Source: Trichoplax adhaerens (taxonomy: Eukaryota; Animalia; Placozoa). From it: DNA of 64,000 bases. Shown here piece after piece: positions 1-13,011 of this stretch. Each line of letters opens with the position of its first letter. Within the stretch, counting starts at the first letter, position 1. The notes under the pieces were generated by a model that saw only the letters and a list, made by a program, of their open reading frames with translations, made no database searches and was not told the origin of the DNA. The stretch spans positions 825,834-889,833 of the forward strand of contig NW_002060965.1 in the NCBI RefSeq assembly GCF_000150275.1, written 5' to 3'. The translations under genes and the position numbers were made by a program.

Positions 1-424
1 AAGTCCGTCAATACAGTAAGGTCATCGGTCACACAGGTCAATTTCGACATTGTTTCACGGTTAAAATAAAATGAAAACTGTATCAGTACAATAACAAAAG
101 AATGCTACAGTACAGTACAGTATCTATTCACTCAACCATCCTACTGTACACTGTACAGTTGTACTGTACAGTATAGTACTGGATGGGGGACCACTTCTTC
201 TTGCGGTCCCAGGACTCCATTTGGCTACCGAAAAGGCTTGATTAGGTTCGAATATTGATTTTGAGGTAGCGATTTGGTGATTTGCAGCACTCTGACTCTG
301 CCAGCTAGTATCAAACGCATCGTCATCTGGCTGAGGACTGCGGATACAATCACCTAGCCTACAGTGTACATAGGGTAATGGACTACATAAAGTACGGTAC
401 TCTATAATAATTAGAATTGTCAGT

Positions 425-597
425 TAAAAGTTGGAGAGAAATCCAGAAACTCTGGTCTGGTTCATACGGTCATGGACTACAAAAGAAATACACTACAAGT
501 GTACACTGTATAGTACTGTAGAGTCGACTAAAAATTGGAGAGAAATCCAGAAACTTTGGTCTGGTTCATACCGCCATGGACTACGACAGAAATACAC
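425..597. repeat. Direct repeat, two copies of ~70 bp
   Basis: 'ttggagagaaatccagaaact.tggtctggttcatac...catggactac...agaaatacac' occurs at ~431 and ~535. Confidence 0.85.
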
Positions 598-1819
598 AGT
601 TCAAGGGGGAAATAGAAACTGTACGCATCATGTACTACGCAATACTGTACAGTACTGTACAATGTACATTATGCTATACCTTGGATCACTAGAACACCGC
701 TGGTTCCGCATTGATGAAACTCGACTTCTGCAATACTGCATATTCAGATCTGCAGAACCAGGTATCGCAGAAGTAGTTTCATCAACGTCATAGAAATATG
801 ACAGATCATTTTAATTGAATGATGTTAGAATTTTATAGCGTATAATGAGTCTATGGTAGCTAAAGTGAATTCACTCTGAGGCATGCCATATCATGTTTGC
901 TGCAGGTTGTCACTTGTCAGCCAGCATTATAAGCAGTGGATTACAATTCAGTGAACCATTTCTATTGTAGTGTACAGGATGCTTGCTGCGGTATTATGCA
1001 CTATTCACCGTGCACAATAGAGTAGACTCTTCAGATTTTAATTTGATGTTCACAACTCTATATACAGTACTGTACTGTACAAGTGCTATACTGTATGTTC
1101 AAGGCGAGTAGACAGCAGCATTCTGATCATTTCCGCACTGTGGTAGTTGTAATGATATCTTCTTTAAGTAGCGTAAAGTATTTTAAGGTAGACGATGATA
1201 AAAGGTATAAAGGATTTTATTGAGATACAAGCTATAGGCTAACAATGATATGGTTGTTATAGATAAGGTATTTGAGATAGCAGGAACGTAGGAACTGACT
1301 AACGAGTTAGCTTACAAGGGTATTTATAGGTTTTAGATGAGGTTGAGATAATGTCTTTATATGTACAGTATAGCATGTCGTCTATATGTCGTCATGATGT
1401 CGTACATTATGAATACTAGTGCAAACTCCCGTCGCTTTACTGACGGTTTACGATAATGTGCTCATTTAACAGAGGTTCAGTAACTTTATATCGTGTACTG
1501 TGTACAGTACTGTACTGTACTGTATATAAGATCATAATGTTACAGTAGTGATTTCAAATGCTTGGAGACGTTCAGCATCCAATAATTCTGAGCATCAAGT
1601 TAACATCCGAAAGGGTTTACAGTGTACATTCTATAGTACAGTACTGTACAAGGATAGGGCGATCAGCATTTTGTATGGATTGTTGCAAGTACAACGAAAG
1701 CAAAATTAATCCTACCATCTTCTTCCAGCCATAGGTAGCAGACTGGCATAGGGATATTATTAACTAAAAAAGACATGCAAAATATTTTTTCATCTCCTTG
1801 CAGTTGTGATTTTCCAGTC

Positions 1820-1995
1820 TACTGTACTGTACTCCAGGGTTTGAGATCATGTTGGTGATAATACTCATAATAGTACTGTACTCTACATACTGTACTGTAG
1901 GTGTATAGTACAGTGTACAGTACTGGGTGTTACAGTACAAAGAACGGTACCGCACTGTATTGTACTGTACTGTACAGTACTGTACTGTACTGTAC
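1820..1995. repeat. (TACTG/CAGTA)n low-complexity palindromic pentamer tract
   Basis: Dense 'tactgtactgtacagtactgtactgtac' runs. Similar patches occur at ~105-180, 640-670, 1060-1095, 1495-1525 and 1630-1650. Confidence 0.8.
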
Positions 1996-3079
1996 CCTAT
2001 AACGAATTATCTATTGTCCTGTCTGCCTGCTCAATCTTGTCCTATTGTTCAACTAGCTTGAAACAAAGACTTTCTTTTTAATCTATCTTACAGTATTTTG
2101 ATGTTATTGTTTTCAATAATTTATTTAAAAAAATTTTTAACCGTAATGTATTGACTATCAAATTCAAAAACGAGAAAGTCATTGATGACGGCATGACACA
2201 ATCTTAATTTTTTTTTTCTTTTTGTTGTCTGGTCTCATCGTTGCCAACGATCTGCTCGAATTGGATTCTTTCACTTGGATAGAATTCTACGGTCGAGAAA
2301 GACGAGGTCGATCTTTCAATTTGTCGACTACTTTATTCTACTGGACACGTATCTTGTAGCCGGTCAACAGGCTCGTTGCTCGACAACACGACGTGGTCTT
2401 ACTGTCCGATCCGATTGTTGTCTCTGGATCAAGTTGATGGATTATCTTGCCCCTTTATTTTGACTTGAAAAGTGGAAATCAAACGGAAGAAATTGACGTT
2501 AGGATACAGCCTTGAATTACTTCGATCTTATTCACACCTTTTCAATATTGCATTGTACAATCCTTGCACTACTACGGATAACTCGGGCTGATTTCTCAAT
2601 CGACGAGCATTAGCAAAAGAAAAAAAAAGGACTCTTGTCAATCACTTGCTTGATGTTTGGAATGGTTGCTCATGAGCTGCAAGAGTAGTATCGAAGGGAT
2701 AACATTCTACTTGATGACAATATCGAATTTATCAATTAAAGTACTTTCTTGGCCTCTTTGGTAGTGTAATGGCCAAAAGAACATAGCGACATCACTGTGT
2801 GATCATTATTTCCTTTCACACTTGGATATTACTACGTTTTGCTATTACTATCATAAACAATAATAAAAGACAACAAACAGATTCAGCTTTTGCAGGGTAC
2901 ATCGAAGACATTTTGGCTAGCATTATAGCTTGCCCCTTGCATAACAGAATTATAGGTCGAAAATTATTGGTGGTTCTCCAAATATAATTCCTTCCACTAT
3001 TACAGTCCATCACAATTTGGCCTCTTGCAATTTATCCAAGATATTTGGGTGATAAAAAAAGAAAGTTTTACAAACAATC

Positions 3080-6000
3080 ATGAAGATTAACACACGCCAA
3101 TGGACCGTTTCCGGCTTAAACAAAAACTTGACTTTCGTCATATGCCAATTTTATATAGTCATTTCTATCCTTCCATCAACGATGGCCTTCACTAATAATA
3201 AGGAAAATTTGGTATCGTCTGCTAAACTATCATTAAAAAGCCAAGCTATCATACCCTTAGACACATTACTATCTAAGAATAGCGCTGGAGACCGATTTCT
3301 GGTCGTCGCTAACATATCTTGCTATCAGGTACGTCTTTCAACAATACGCATATTACAAAAATTTTTCCAACTAAACTGTTACACCTGGACGTTTAACGGA
3401 TTGCAACATTATTCTATCCTCATCAATTCTGCCTCAATCTTTCTATCATGTAGTGATAGATTGCTCAAGAGTAGAGCATTTTAAACTAATTAGTCCTGAT
3501 TGAAAAATGTATTTAATTAATGCATTCACCAGTAAATTATAATGATTACTCTTTGAGCCTGCAAACAAGAGTACGTTCAATCCAGTTTACGCCATGTCTA
3601 AATTGTATGATTCTATTTAATTACTAAACTCAAAGGTCATAAATATAAAATGATGCTTTACTGCTCTCTATTTTGCAAGATCATCTCCTCTATGTCATTA
3701 CATAGATAGTTATTATGCACAGACTACCAAATCAGTATGAACCATAGCATTCATTTTTAATATGGCTTGTTCAATATTAATTAATTAATTATTTAATTAC
3801 CAATATTGACTTGAAAACAGCTTGCATCCAAAAATGGATTCAGCCGACAACAAGTAATATCATTTTCTTCAGTATTGCAATCAACTCTAATATTTTTCAG
3901 CTACCATCGTTGCAAATTACAACTTATTATACCGTAGTCTACGTCGGCATTTCTTTTTCTTTATTTCCTCCATATCTCTTTTCAATTTCTACCCTGTAAA
4001 ACGTCAATAGTCACAATCGATGACAAATGCAATGGAAAAAATATATCGTTAATGTCTCTCTATTAGTATTATTTATTTATTGTTAGTGTATTAAACTCAA
4101 CCAGTCAAAACTTAGAATTAAATATGTTTTTCTCCTTGAGAATAGCTATAGGCCTGAATAATTAATTACCCTACATAATAAATGCTTAGCTTATAACCGC
4201 TAATTCCTATAGTGGTATGATTGAATAAAATCTAAGAGGCAAACCCGGTACTCTGTATTGCAAAACCTTAGACATTAGTCTATCATAAAAAGTCAACTAT
4301 TTTCTACTGTATGTAGAAGGAAATGCTTTCAGAGTTTTTGTTCGCATTCATTTACAAAACTGCAAGAGTACGGTGCCTCAGACGTATTTTTACCTATCAT
4401 ATTGAAGATTGAAAAAAGTGACATTAACTGAAACACGAGTATGATCATCGTTACAAGATTGCAAAACTTTTACATAATGCATATATAACCTGTGCTACCT
4501 TATAAATTATTTTATCAAACAATCATAGATGATTAATTTTACGATCGCGTACAATAACTTAATAGTTCGATTAATTATATTATCTTTTAGCTTATCAGAC
4601 TTTACCAATTTTTACCAATTTCTCTTCATATTTCTCAAATTCTATATTTAACCAAGCAGATTAGACCTTCCTTTTCCATATTATCCTGCGAATTTTCGAA
4701 TGACCGCGATGAAAACGTAAGTTCTTTCTACCCTCATATGATAACAGCAGAATATTAACGCCATTCTTTTTTAATTTATACACTTAAAGTGTAATGTTCC
4801 CAAATTAACGAAATAGACATGATCATTTCTATTTTCATAAAGCTGAAGTAGAATCTAAAACTTGTTCATTTAAAATCCCTTTTCTATGTTCAGAAATTAC
4901 TGAATAAACCATGCGACACATTTCTTATTAATCAATACTGCCAGCGGAAAGTTACAGCTGATAAATATAAAAATGATCAGATTACTTTGCTATATGAAAT
5001 CAACAATGGTAACCTTTCCAAATTATATATCCAAAGTTGTCAAAGTAAAGATGCCATCAAAAAAAGTAGATGGCTCGATATTAAACGAAACGCAAGCTAC
5101 TGCAAGGTTAGAATCTTAGGTCATTAATTATGGAATTGCATCCTATACGGGTATACTGCCTATCCTGTATTAAAAATGGCAATTGATAAATCGGCCATAA
5201 TAGTGTCCAAGCATTGTGATTTAAAATTAATTATCACTCTTTTATTATGTTTTATAGGCTGACCTAACCTTCATCAACAAAAATGCCGAATATGCCTTTA
5301 ACATTTACGTTGTAATGTTGTTATTTTGGTGTATTTTAACTGTTTTTTGGATATTAAATTGGATTATGTACTGGAAGGTAAATTTTTATACACAATGAAC
5401 ATTCAATATATGTATGACATAAAAGTTGCCTTAGCAATGTGTTAGTAAGAAAACACGAAATGATAGCCAGCGGATGAAATCTTTTCCATCACTAATAGAT
5501 TAATTTACTATATTTTACAGTATTCAAACAATCTCCACAAAATTATCACAGTTTATCCTATCATCAAGGTCACGGCACTGCTTTTTACTACTATACGACT
5601 TCAAATTCTATCAACATCAGGTACTATAATTGATTTATATATCCTTACTAGCGTACCATAGATCACAACGATACCTGAATTAATGCAATTTATACCTAAA
5701 TATAACGGTATTCGTATTTTCAAAAAATCACCAATATTAAAGTCATAGTATTATCAATTTTAATAGGAAAATCCTTCACCATACTAGATACAACAGTAAC
5801 GGTTTTTGATAGCATAGAAAATCCATTCTTATTTGCTATCGTCATGTTAATTTCTGAGGGCTATTGTATTATTAAAGACTCTGTTAGCAGACACAAGATT
5901 TTCGAATTAGCAGGTAACAGTGTATTATTAGAACATAAATATAGTATTATTTTTGTTTAAGTTGGGTTATACTCTCTTCCTTTTTATTAGTGTATTCTAT

Positions 6001-6680
6001 ACTCTTCTCGATATCGACTATGTGCATGCTCTTGATCCACAAATATTTCTTGGTAAGAACAATTTACAATTTTTTTTATGTTCCCGGCGAGACATTTTAT
6101 TTATGTATTACTAAACTAATCATATTATCTTTCATTTGTTGTTATAACATCTCTATAGAGCGTGATGGTATTTTGTGCTGTCGTTATGATGTATAAAGCT
6201 TTAAAATGGTGTACGTATAATATAATGTTACTTCGACAATTCTCTGAAAGATTAAAGTGTATGGTTTCGGAAGTAAAATTAGTACATATGACACACGTAA
6301 CCCCACAAGATCAAATTGCTGCAAAATTAAATATTTTGTTGCGTCTTAGACATATATGCGCAATATTCTCTGTTATGTTTGCTGCAGCTATTACATTAAC
6401 ATCTCTACTGTATCAACTCCTGTGGATTCAAGCTCTATTCTTTGAAATTCCCAAGACTTTTTTGTACACATGTATAGCATACCTTTGTAGATTGCGAAAT
6501 TTTGCCCCCTATAATGAGATTACGTTAGCCATTCCTTCTATGGATTATAATATTATTTATACACCTCGATCATCTGGCGAGGATAAACTTGGCATTTACT
6601 TAGCAATACCATTAGAAAATGGAGAAAATCTTGTTGATAATGATGAATTAAATAGAAATACAAATAACATTTCTGAATAA
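3080..6680 (+). CDS. GOST-family (GPR107/GPR108/TMEM87-like, lung 7TM receptor) protein, 8 exons, ~490-510 aa
   Basis: Hand-spliced GT-AG exons with consistent phases: 3080-3328, 4660(or 4591)-4716, 4894-5106, 5258-5377, 5521-5620, 5767-5913, 5991-6052, 6159-6680. The product has an N-terminal hydrophobic signal-like segment, a Cys-containing luminal region, and seven hydrophobic helices. GOST-like motifs include 'LHKIITVYPIIK', 'IVMLISEGYCIIK', 'AAKLNILLRLRH' and 'WIQALFFE...AYLCR'. Confidence 0.72.
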
Positions 6681-8728
6681 AAACGTTTTCAAGACTGTAA
6701 GCATGAGTATAGCATAGCTTATATCCTTAGAAGCATAATCTATTTATTGCTATTTAGCTAACATATCCATTAAACGAATATGAAACTAAATTTTACCTTT
6801 TTATTACAATTCTTTCATTGATCGACTTTGCTTTATTTTATTATATTCGTTTATTATTACTATTCACATTTTAATTTTCGTTCGTATTATATATATATAT
6901 TTATAACTTTCATTTGTATCGAGTAATGAATGACCTTTATAAAGTAAAATGAAAACCAGTTCATCATTACTATTATTTTACGTTTTATAACAATTAATAT
7001 TTCATAAAATAAAAATTCATTATTATTCAACAGCGTAATGTATAATTGTGGAAGCCTTACGGTTATTAAGTTCTTTTCTTGATGGTTATGAGCTATTAAT
7101 TAAGTGTGAAATCTACTAGCTAATTACATAAAAATCCTTATAAATACTGTGTAAAACGAAACTGCCTTAAGAAGATTTCCTGCATAACTTTTACTTCTAG
7201 TATTGTAGCATTTTGGTTCACCTTGTCTATTTGGAAATATGAATTAATTATACAAGATTATGAGCTTACTTTGGATCGTAATTATAAGCAATGGCTCACA
7301 AGCAAACTTAAAATCATACAATAACTTTAATCGGAACCGTACTAGTTAGTTGTCAAAGAAAGTGAAATTTGATAGTGAAATATTCTGCATTAATGCGATA
7401 TGCGTAATATATCTGTAAGCAAAGATAACATATGTGTATCTACTAATTTTTTAAAGGTTAGTGGCTTAGTAATTTAGAAAATAACTTTATCATTTTTAGC
7501 TAAAACTAAATTTTACCTTAGCTTCGAATGTTTATACTATGAAAGAATTTAATATTGTAAGCATATTTATTTACCACCAGAAAATTTTTTGCCTAAACAG
7601 TAATGCAGTAACAAAATTATGAGCATTTACTACGGACAGCAAAATTGATAGTACTCGCATGTGCATAGCTAGCTGCTGGGGCACTGTATCAATATTTGAG
7701 AGACATTCAGTGCTTCCGGCGATTACAGTACCTTACGTTCTAACTGACAAGCTAGCGATTAATCTACTGTGATTTTCACATTCCTTGCTATTACTATGGT
7801 TTAGCTATTATTTACCCGGCCTACACTTTACTACATGCCAATCACTAAAGGCAAGTCAAGATTGCCTATAGGATAGCTATATCATAAACTGTACAATACA
7901 GGCAATATGTTCTCATCATCACTTGAGAATTGTAGTGTCCTGCATCAAATTAATTATAGGACAAAGAAGATGTAGAAATGTTTCTCGTGCAAAAAATAGT
8001 GGAATAGATAGTATCTTCTTGTGCCTTTGCTTATACAGTACTGCAGTTTAACGGCCTTGTATGCAGATTTTTCCTTAATTATATATTTATAATAGTAATT
8101 AACTATCAACTACCTCAAGTGCTTTACAGTTTATACGGAGTAGCACAATAGCACTTCCAATTAGTTTCACAGATGATAATGAGAATTCACAAATAAGTAG
8201 AACCGACACGAGTACATTATCAAGGACAACATTTTTTATTCGCAGAACTAAATTCTTATAAATATGTAATTTAATTATCAAGTTGGATCAAATCTGCAGT
8301 GTACTATGCTTACAGACTACAAAGAAACCCTACGCAACAATAATGCATAGTATTATTGGACATCGTAGTGCTTTTAAGTATGTAAAGTTTAAATTTCTTT
8401 AATGTCATTAATGCAGTTTTAATTAACCCGTTAAATTGTAAAGCCTACTGTAACATTTTAGTTTAATCCATACTTTAAGTAATTTAGTGATTTTCGTCAG
8501 ACTTAAAAAAATCGCTTAAATACAGACTATGAAACATGAAACCGATGTACTGTAAAGTTGTAGTAAGAAATTGATATTATGATATACCAAAAACAAAATA
8601 TCACACTATTGCGGAGATACAAAACAGGAAATCAATCCATATCACCACAAGAATAATATGTTAGTTTCAAAGGAAGAATTATCAACCTTTAGAAATATGT
8701 TTGATCATGGAAATTGTTAACATGACGC

Positions 8729-11264
8729 TTAATTTTCATCCTTAGTACCATGTTTTAAAATTCGGGTGAATGCAATGTAATCAAAATTTCCAGACGAATC
8801 GATTGGCGCACCATGAAACATATCGTTTACCTATAATAAAAACCGTCATTTATCTCATTCCTCGAAATCATTAATTATACGAAATTTAAAAATTGAGGCA
8901 TATTCTCAATCTTAATAACATCGTTATACCTCATCTTCTGTCATTCTATCACCCATGGTCATTAATAACTCGCGAAGACTGAAGAAAGGTTATAAGTTAA
9001 TAAGTTAAGTTTTTGCATTACTCACATTACTATGTAATCATCGTAGCGTAAGGGCATTAGTTAAGAAATTAAAACAACGAAATTACTCCTAAGTTGATAC
9101 TTACTGTTCTTCATGAATTCTTCCTTTTCCATCTTCATCAAACAGCGCAAAGGCATTCCGTATTACGTCCTCCGGATCCGTCCCTAGCATTAGTGTACAC
9201 CAAAGCAAATGTTTTTAGTTATCGTATCATTGTAACCTTTACCAGTAGTGAAGCGCCACAGCTATAAATACCATTTAATTTGTCTCCAAACAAAGTCAGA
9301 AACATAGTAAAATTGATAGGGCCTGGAGATTCATTGATCATATCTTCCAAATACTGGTCAGTTGGATCTTTTCCTATTGTAATGAATTTCAATTTCAAAT
9401 TAAGCACAGATGAATCTATAACAGTAGCTTAGGCTTGTTAGTTGCTGGTACAGTAATACATGATGATTGATATCTGCTATTAATCATACTTCTAAGGAAA
9501 GCTGTTACTAAAATGTAGCCCGAATGTAAGGCAAGGATAATATGGTGGAATCCCCTCTTATAAATTGCAGTTTTGACTGACTTGCAGAAATAAAATAAAC
9601 ATGATGATAACATATCACATACCTAATGATGCTAACATATCGTGCAAATCTTCTTTGTCGACAAATCCGTCATGGTTTTGATCGATCATGTTGAAAGCCT
9701 AATATAGCAAAGCAAGAGGACTATTAATACAATGGAGATTAAGAAATAGAAACAAATTAAGGTAATGGTTCACAAATCCTAATTATAATCTACAGAATAT
9801 ATCGTACATTATTCTTGCATATACTGTATGTCAGTAATAATGCAAAAGGTAGACCTTTAGCTTTTGTAATGCTAGCGCATTAATGAGTCATTTTGCATCA
9901 TAAAGCCAGAAAGTTTTGACTGAACGCAATACTACTTTAGTACAGAGATCATTTATTAGTATGCTTCAATGGAATCCAATGATTTGTGCGAGTCGTCCCT
10001 ACTAAAAGATACTTAAGGTAGTTTTTTGACTGGAAAGGAATTATCTTGGTGATTGGTACTTTCAGTCTTATACTATAAATGTTTCTACTTTGATAATAGT
10101 AATAGTTAGAATTTATTACAAAATATAGTCGTCATTTTTTTTAAGGAGACCCTGGTCAATGAAGGATATCGATATAACTACAGTATTTATTTTGGCATCC
10201 TTCACATAAGCAAACTGCAATGAAGTCATTGGTTAACATTGAACTTTGAGAAATAAACTTTATTGATATTAGTTCGATTGCTGAAAGAAACTGTAGCCTA
10301 ATTTTGTCTTCATATTTGTACATTTCTAGTGGTGTATCATGCAAACTTGGGTATCATAGAACATTACTGTAGAACTATTTCAAGTCACGTAGCAAACTGA
10401 ATCCAAAGGCACCAAGACGCGATGAGCACATACAGAGTTACCTGACTAAATTAGGTATAGGCGTAAACTGTAGCACTGTCACATATGACTGCGCACGGAT
10501 GACTTGATACTACTAGTACGTGAGAGTACAAAAGTAAAATGTGATGCCAAGTTAGCATGATCAGATAAACTATTGGGATAAATAATACCAGGAACTGTAG
10601 AATTGCTGCTATTGAATGCTATATCTATTTTTATTCTATATGATCAAGTATCTTAAGCTATTCCAAGTTGTACGGCACTCCATGTCAAGCAGATAATCGC
10701 CATGCAAAACAAACTAATTTTTACGGTCTATTGATTTGTAAGCAGTTTATTCTATTTGTATATTTGTCGATATATTGAATTTTATTGGTTGTAGATAATA
10801 CATACCTCCTTAAATTCTTGGATTTGTGTCTGATCGAACATAGCAAAGACGTTAGAAGTGGCCCTTACGGCTCGCTTCTTCGGTACTTTTCTACCGGCAC
10901 GACGAGCAGCCTGTAAGAGAAGGCCATTTTAGCATTTTGAATAGAATAAGAATAGGATATTCTACATGGAAGTTGTATACTTTAAATCTTTCTCGCATTA
11001 TTTTCATACAAGCTGAAAGTATTATACAGTACGATACTACATTAACTGATTGGAGCATAGAGTCGATCGCAGACTGCCATCATCGCCAATGCCAACATAA
11101 TTAATTAACATGGCGTCGAGGGTGCGGTCCTCGTCAACCAACAACACTTCCCTATTGATAATTTGCAACATCTTGTCGCAAGTGATGTTCCGTCCATGCT
11201 TTCTATCCTCTAATACTACTCTGTTACAACTTATCACTGCTAAAATGATACTCCAACTTACCAT
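8729..11264 (-). CDS. MYL12-like: Myosin II regulatory light chain, non-muscle/smooth type (MYL12/MYL9/sqh-like), 7 coding exons, 171 aa
   Basis: Exons on the minus strand: 11264-11262 (ATG only), 10910-10806, 9698-9623, 9373-9272, 9183-9105, 8978-8930, 8830-8729, totalling 516 nt. Translation: [107 protein letters not shown]...[11 protein letters not shown]. It contains an EF-hand and the RATSNVF phosphorylation site. Confidence 0.96.
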
Positions 11265-13011
11265 TTTCCTAATAACACTGGAATTTTCCAAAGAACAAGG
11301 AGTAAAAAAGGCGTCTGCTTCAGTAAATCTGCCAAGCGTAAAAATGGATTGCGTCTAGCGTGTCCAAGTTGTATGGTACGGCGCCGTGCCCGTGGAATGA
11401 TACACTAGTTTGCCCATATATTGTAGAGAAGACTATGAGTGAAAGCAGGTAGTTCAGTACTGTAGGTGCCAAGAAGAAGTCATGTCGGCTCATGACTTCC
11501 GTCCGTAGCCACCACCATCAAACTGAAGGCAGGGACTACTGTGAAGTCCTGAATCACACTGGTAGTACCGTGTATGGTCATAGACTTCTAGATACAGTAC
11601 GCTGTATGAAAACTGGACAGTACTATACCAGGAAAGTTCAGATTTTTTTTCTCTATCCATTAAGGGACCGCATTTGACTGAGACTGCGCAATATACTGAG
11701 TATTCAGAAGAGAGTACTGTATCGTATTGTGCTGATCATTCTTGGACGGACAGACATTCCGACCTCTTTTCGTCCAAATATTGTTCTAAACATTTCGTTA
11801 TGACCGTACTTGAGTATGCGGACGGTCTATACTGAACGGACTGATTTTTTCTCTAAATTAAGTCATATTACGTTGAATCTTATTATCGATTACTAAAGCT
11901 CTGCTTAGGAATACTGTAGTTACATAAGATCGTAAATGTTATTTTAATTAGTACCAGTGATTTAGAAAACAGATTGAGAAGGTCCATACTAAGTAGCCAT
12001 TTTTCGATATTTCTAGCCTGATTGGGTGAGAAGGGTCCGCCTGTCCGAGGCAGTGATCAGTCCAGGTTTTCTTCTACAGTACTGTACTGTACACTGTACT
12101 GTACACTGTACAGTACAGTAGTGTTCAATACAGTATGCATCAGGAACAGCTACAGTACAGTACCGCTACATACTGTACTGTACACTGTACAGTACAGTAC
12201 TGCACCGTACCGACCATCAGGCGGCAGCAGGGATGGGACTGGGAGGAGTGACCGTGTTGTACTGTACTGTAGTGTACATGCGCAGTGATTTCTCTACTAT
12301 GCAGTATGCGTTTGCAGAAATCTCCAGGTTACAGTATACAGTACTGTACAGTGTACACTAGAACACAGAAAAACGTGGTAGCAAGGTACAGTATGGCTAC
12401 AAAAAAGTCTTTTTGCTGCCCTTGCTACAAATTGATACTAAAAGTTCGTTTGACTATTTTACCCTGCAGCCATCCCTGGCTCCTTGCTACCGTACTCGTA
12501 TTTAGTGTCGTGTTATAATACTGCAGTGGCACCATGTACAAATGTACATTGTACTGTAGTAGTAGTAGCTATTATGCCGTGACATTGTGTCACGGCTCAC
12601 CATACATGAATCATCCAATCAGAATCGGGTTCGCTACCTGCTGCCCTTTTTTATCTGTTTACCTCTGCGAGGTTGAACCCAGGACAGGGTTCACGTCTGA
12701 TGAGCCGTACAGTACTGGAGTGTACGTTGCGCTGTCATTCACTGTATTGTACAGTATTACTACTACAGCGTCCATTCATGACATGGTACAACTATGATGA
12801 TGACGACGACACAGTACACATGCTCACGTTAGCCACTCCTACGGCGCATTTCAGTGAAAGTCATCTGACGTAAAACGGCGAGTCACCCCGAGTAGGTTGT
12901 AAGACATTGTTCCAAATCCACTACCGTACTTGACACAGCGTAGAGTACAAAACCAAGCAAAAAGTTCTATTATCCCTAAACAAGATACACCCAAGATACA
13001 CCACAGCAAAG
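11265..13011. promoter_or_regulatory. Divergent (head-to-head) intergenic region between the myosin light chain and PANK, rich in (TACTG/CAGTA)n and more GC/CpG-rich than the background
   Basis: The two start codons face away from each other ~1.75 kb apart. The TACTG/CAGTA tracts are densest at 12075-12360. CCAAT-like boxes lie at ~12020 (minus) and ~12615 (plus). Confidence 0.55.

Noticed and set aside
125-354. ~75-codon open frame on the minus strand with higher GC (GDCIRSPQPDDDAFD...)
   Set aside because: No start codon, weak splice signals, no recognisable homology, and it lies at the window edge.
431-793. 120-aa ORF, and similar ORFs at 1764 and 12022-12873
   Set aside because: They are built from the direct repeat and TACTG tracts (Tyr/Cys/Thr/Val-biased), often with non-ATG starts.
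11414-11423. CArG-like box (CCATATATTG) upstream of the myosin light chain
   Set aside because: One mismatch to CC(A/T)6GG, which is expected by chance in AT-rich DNA.
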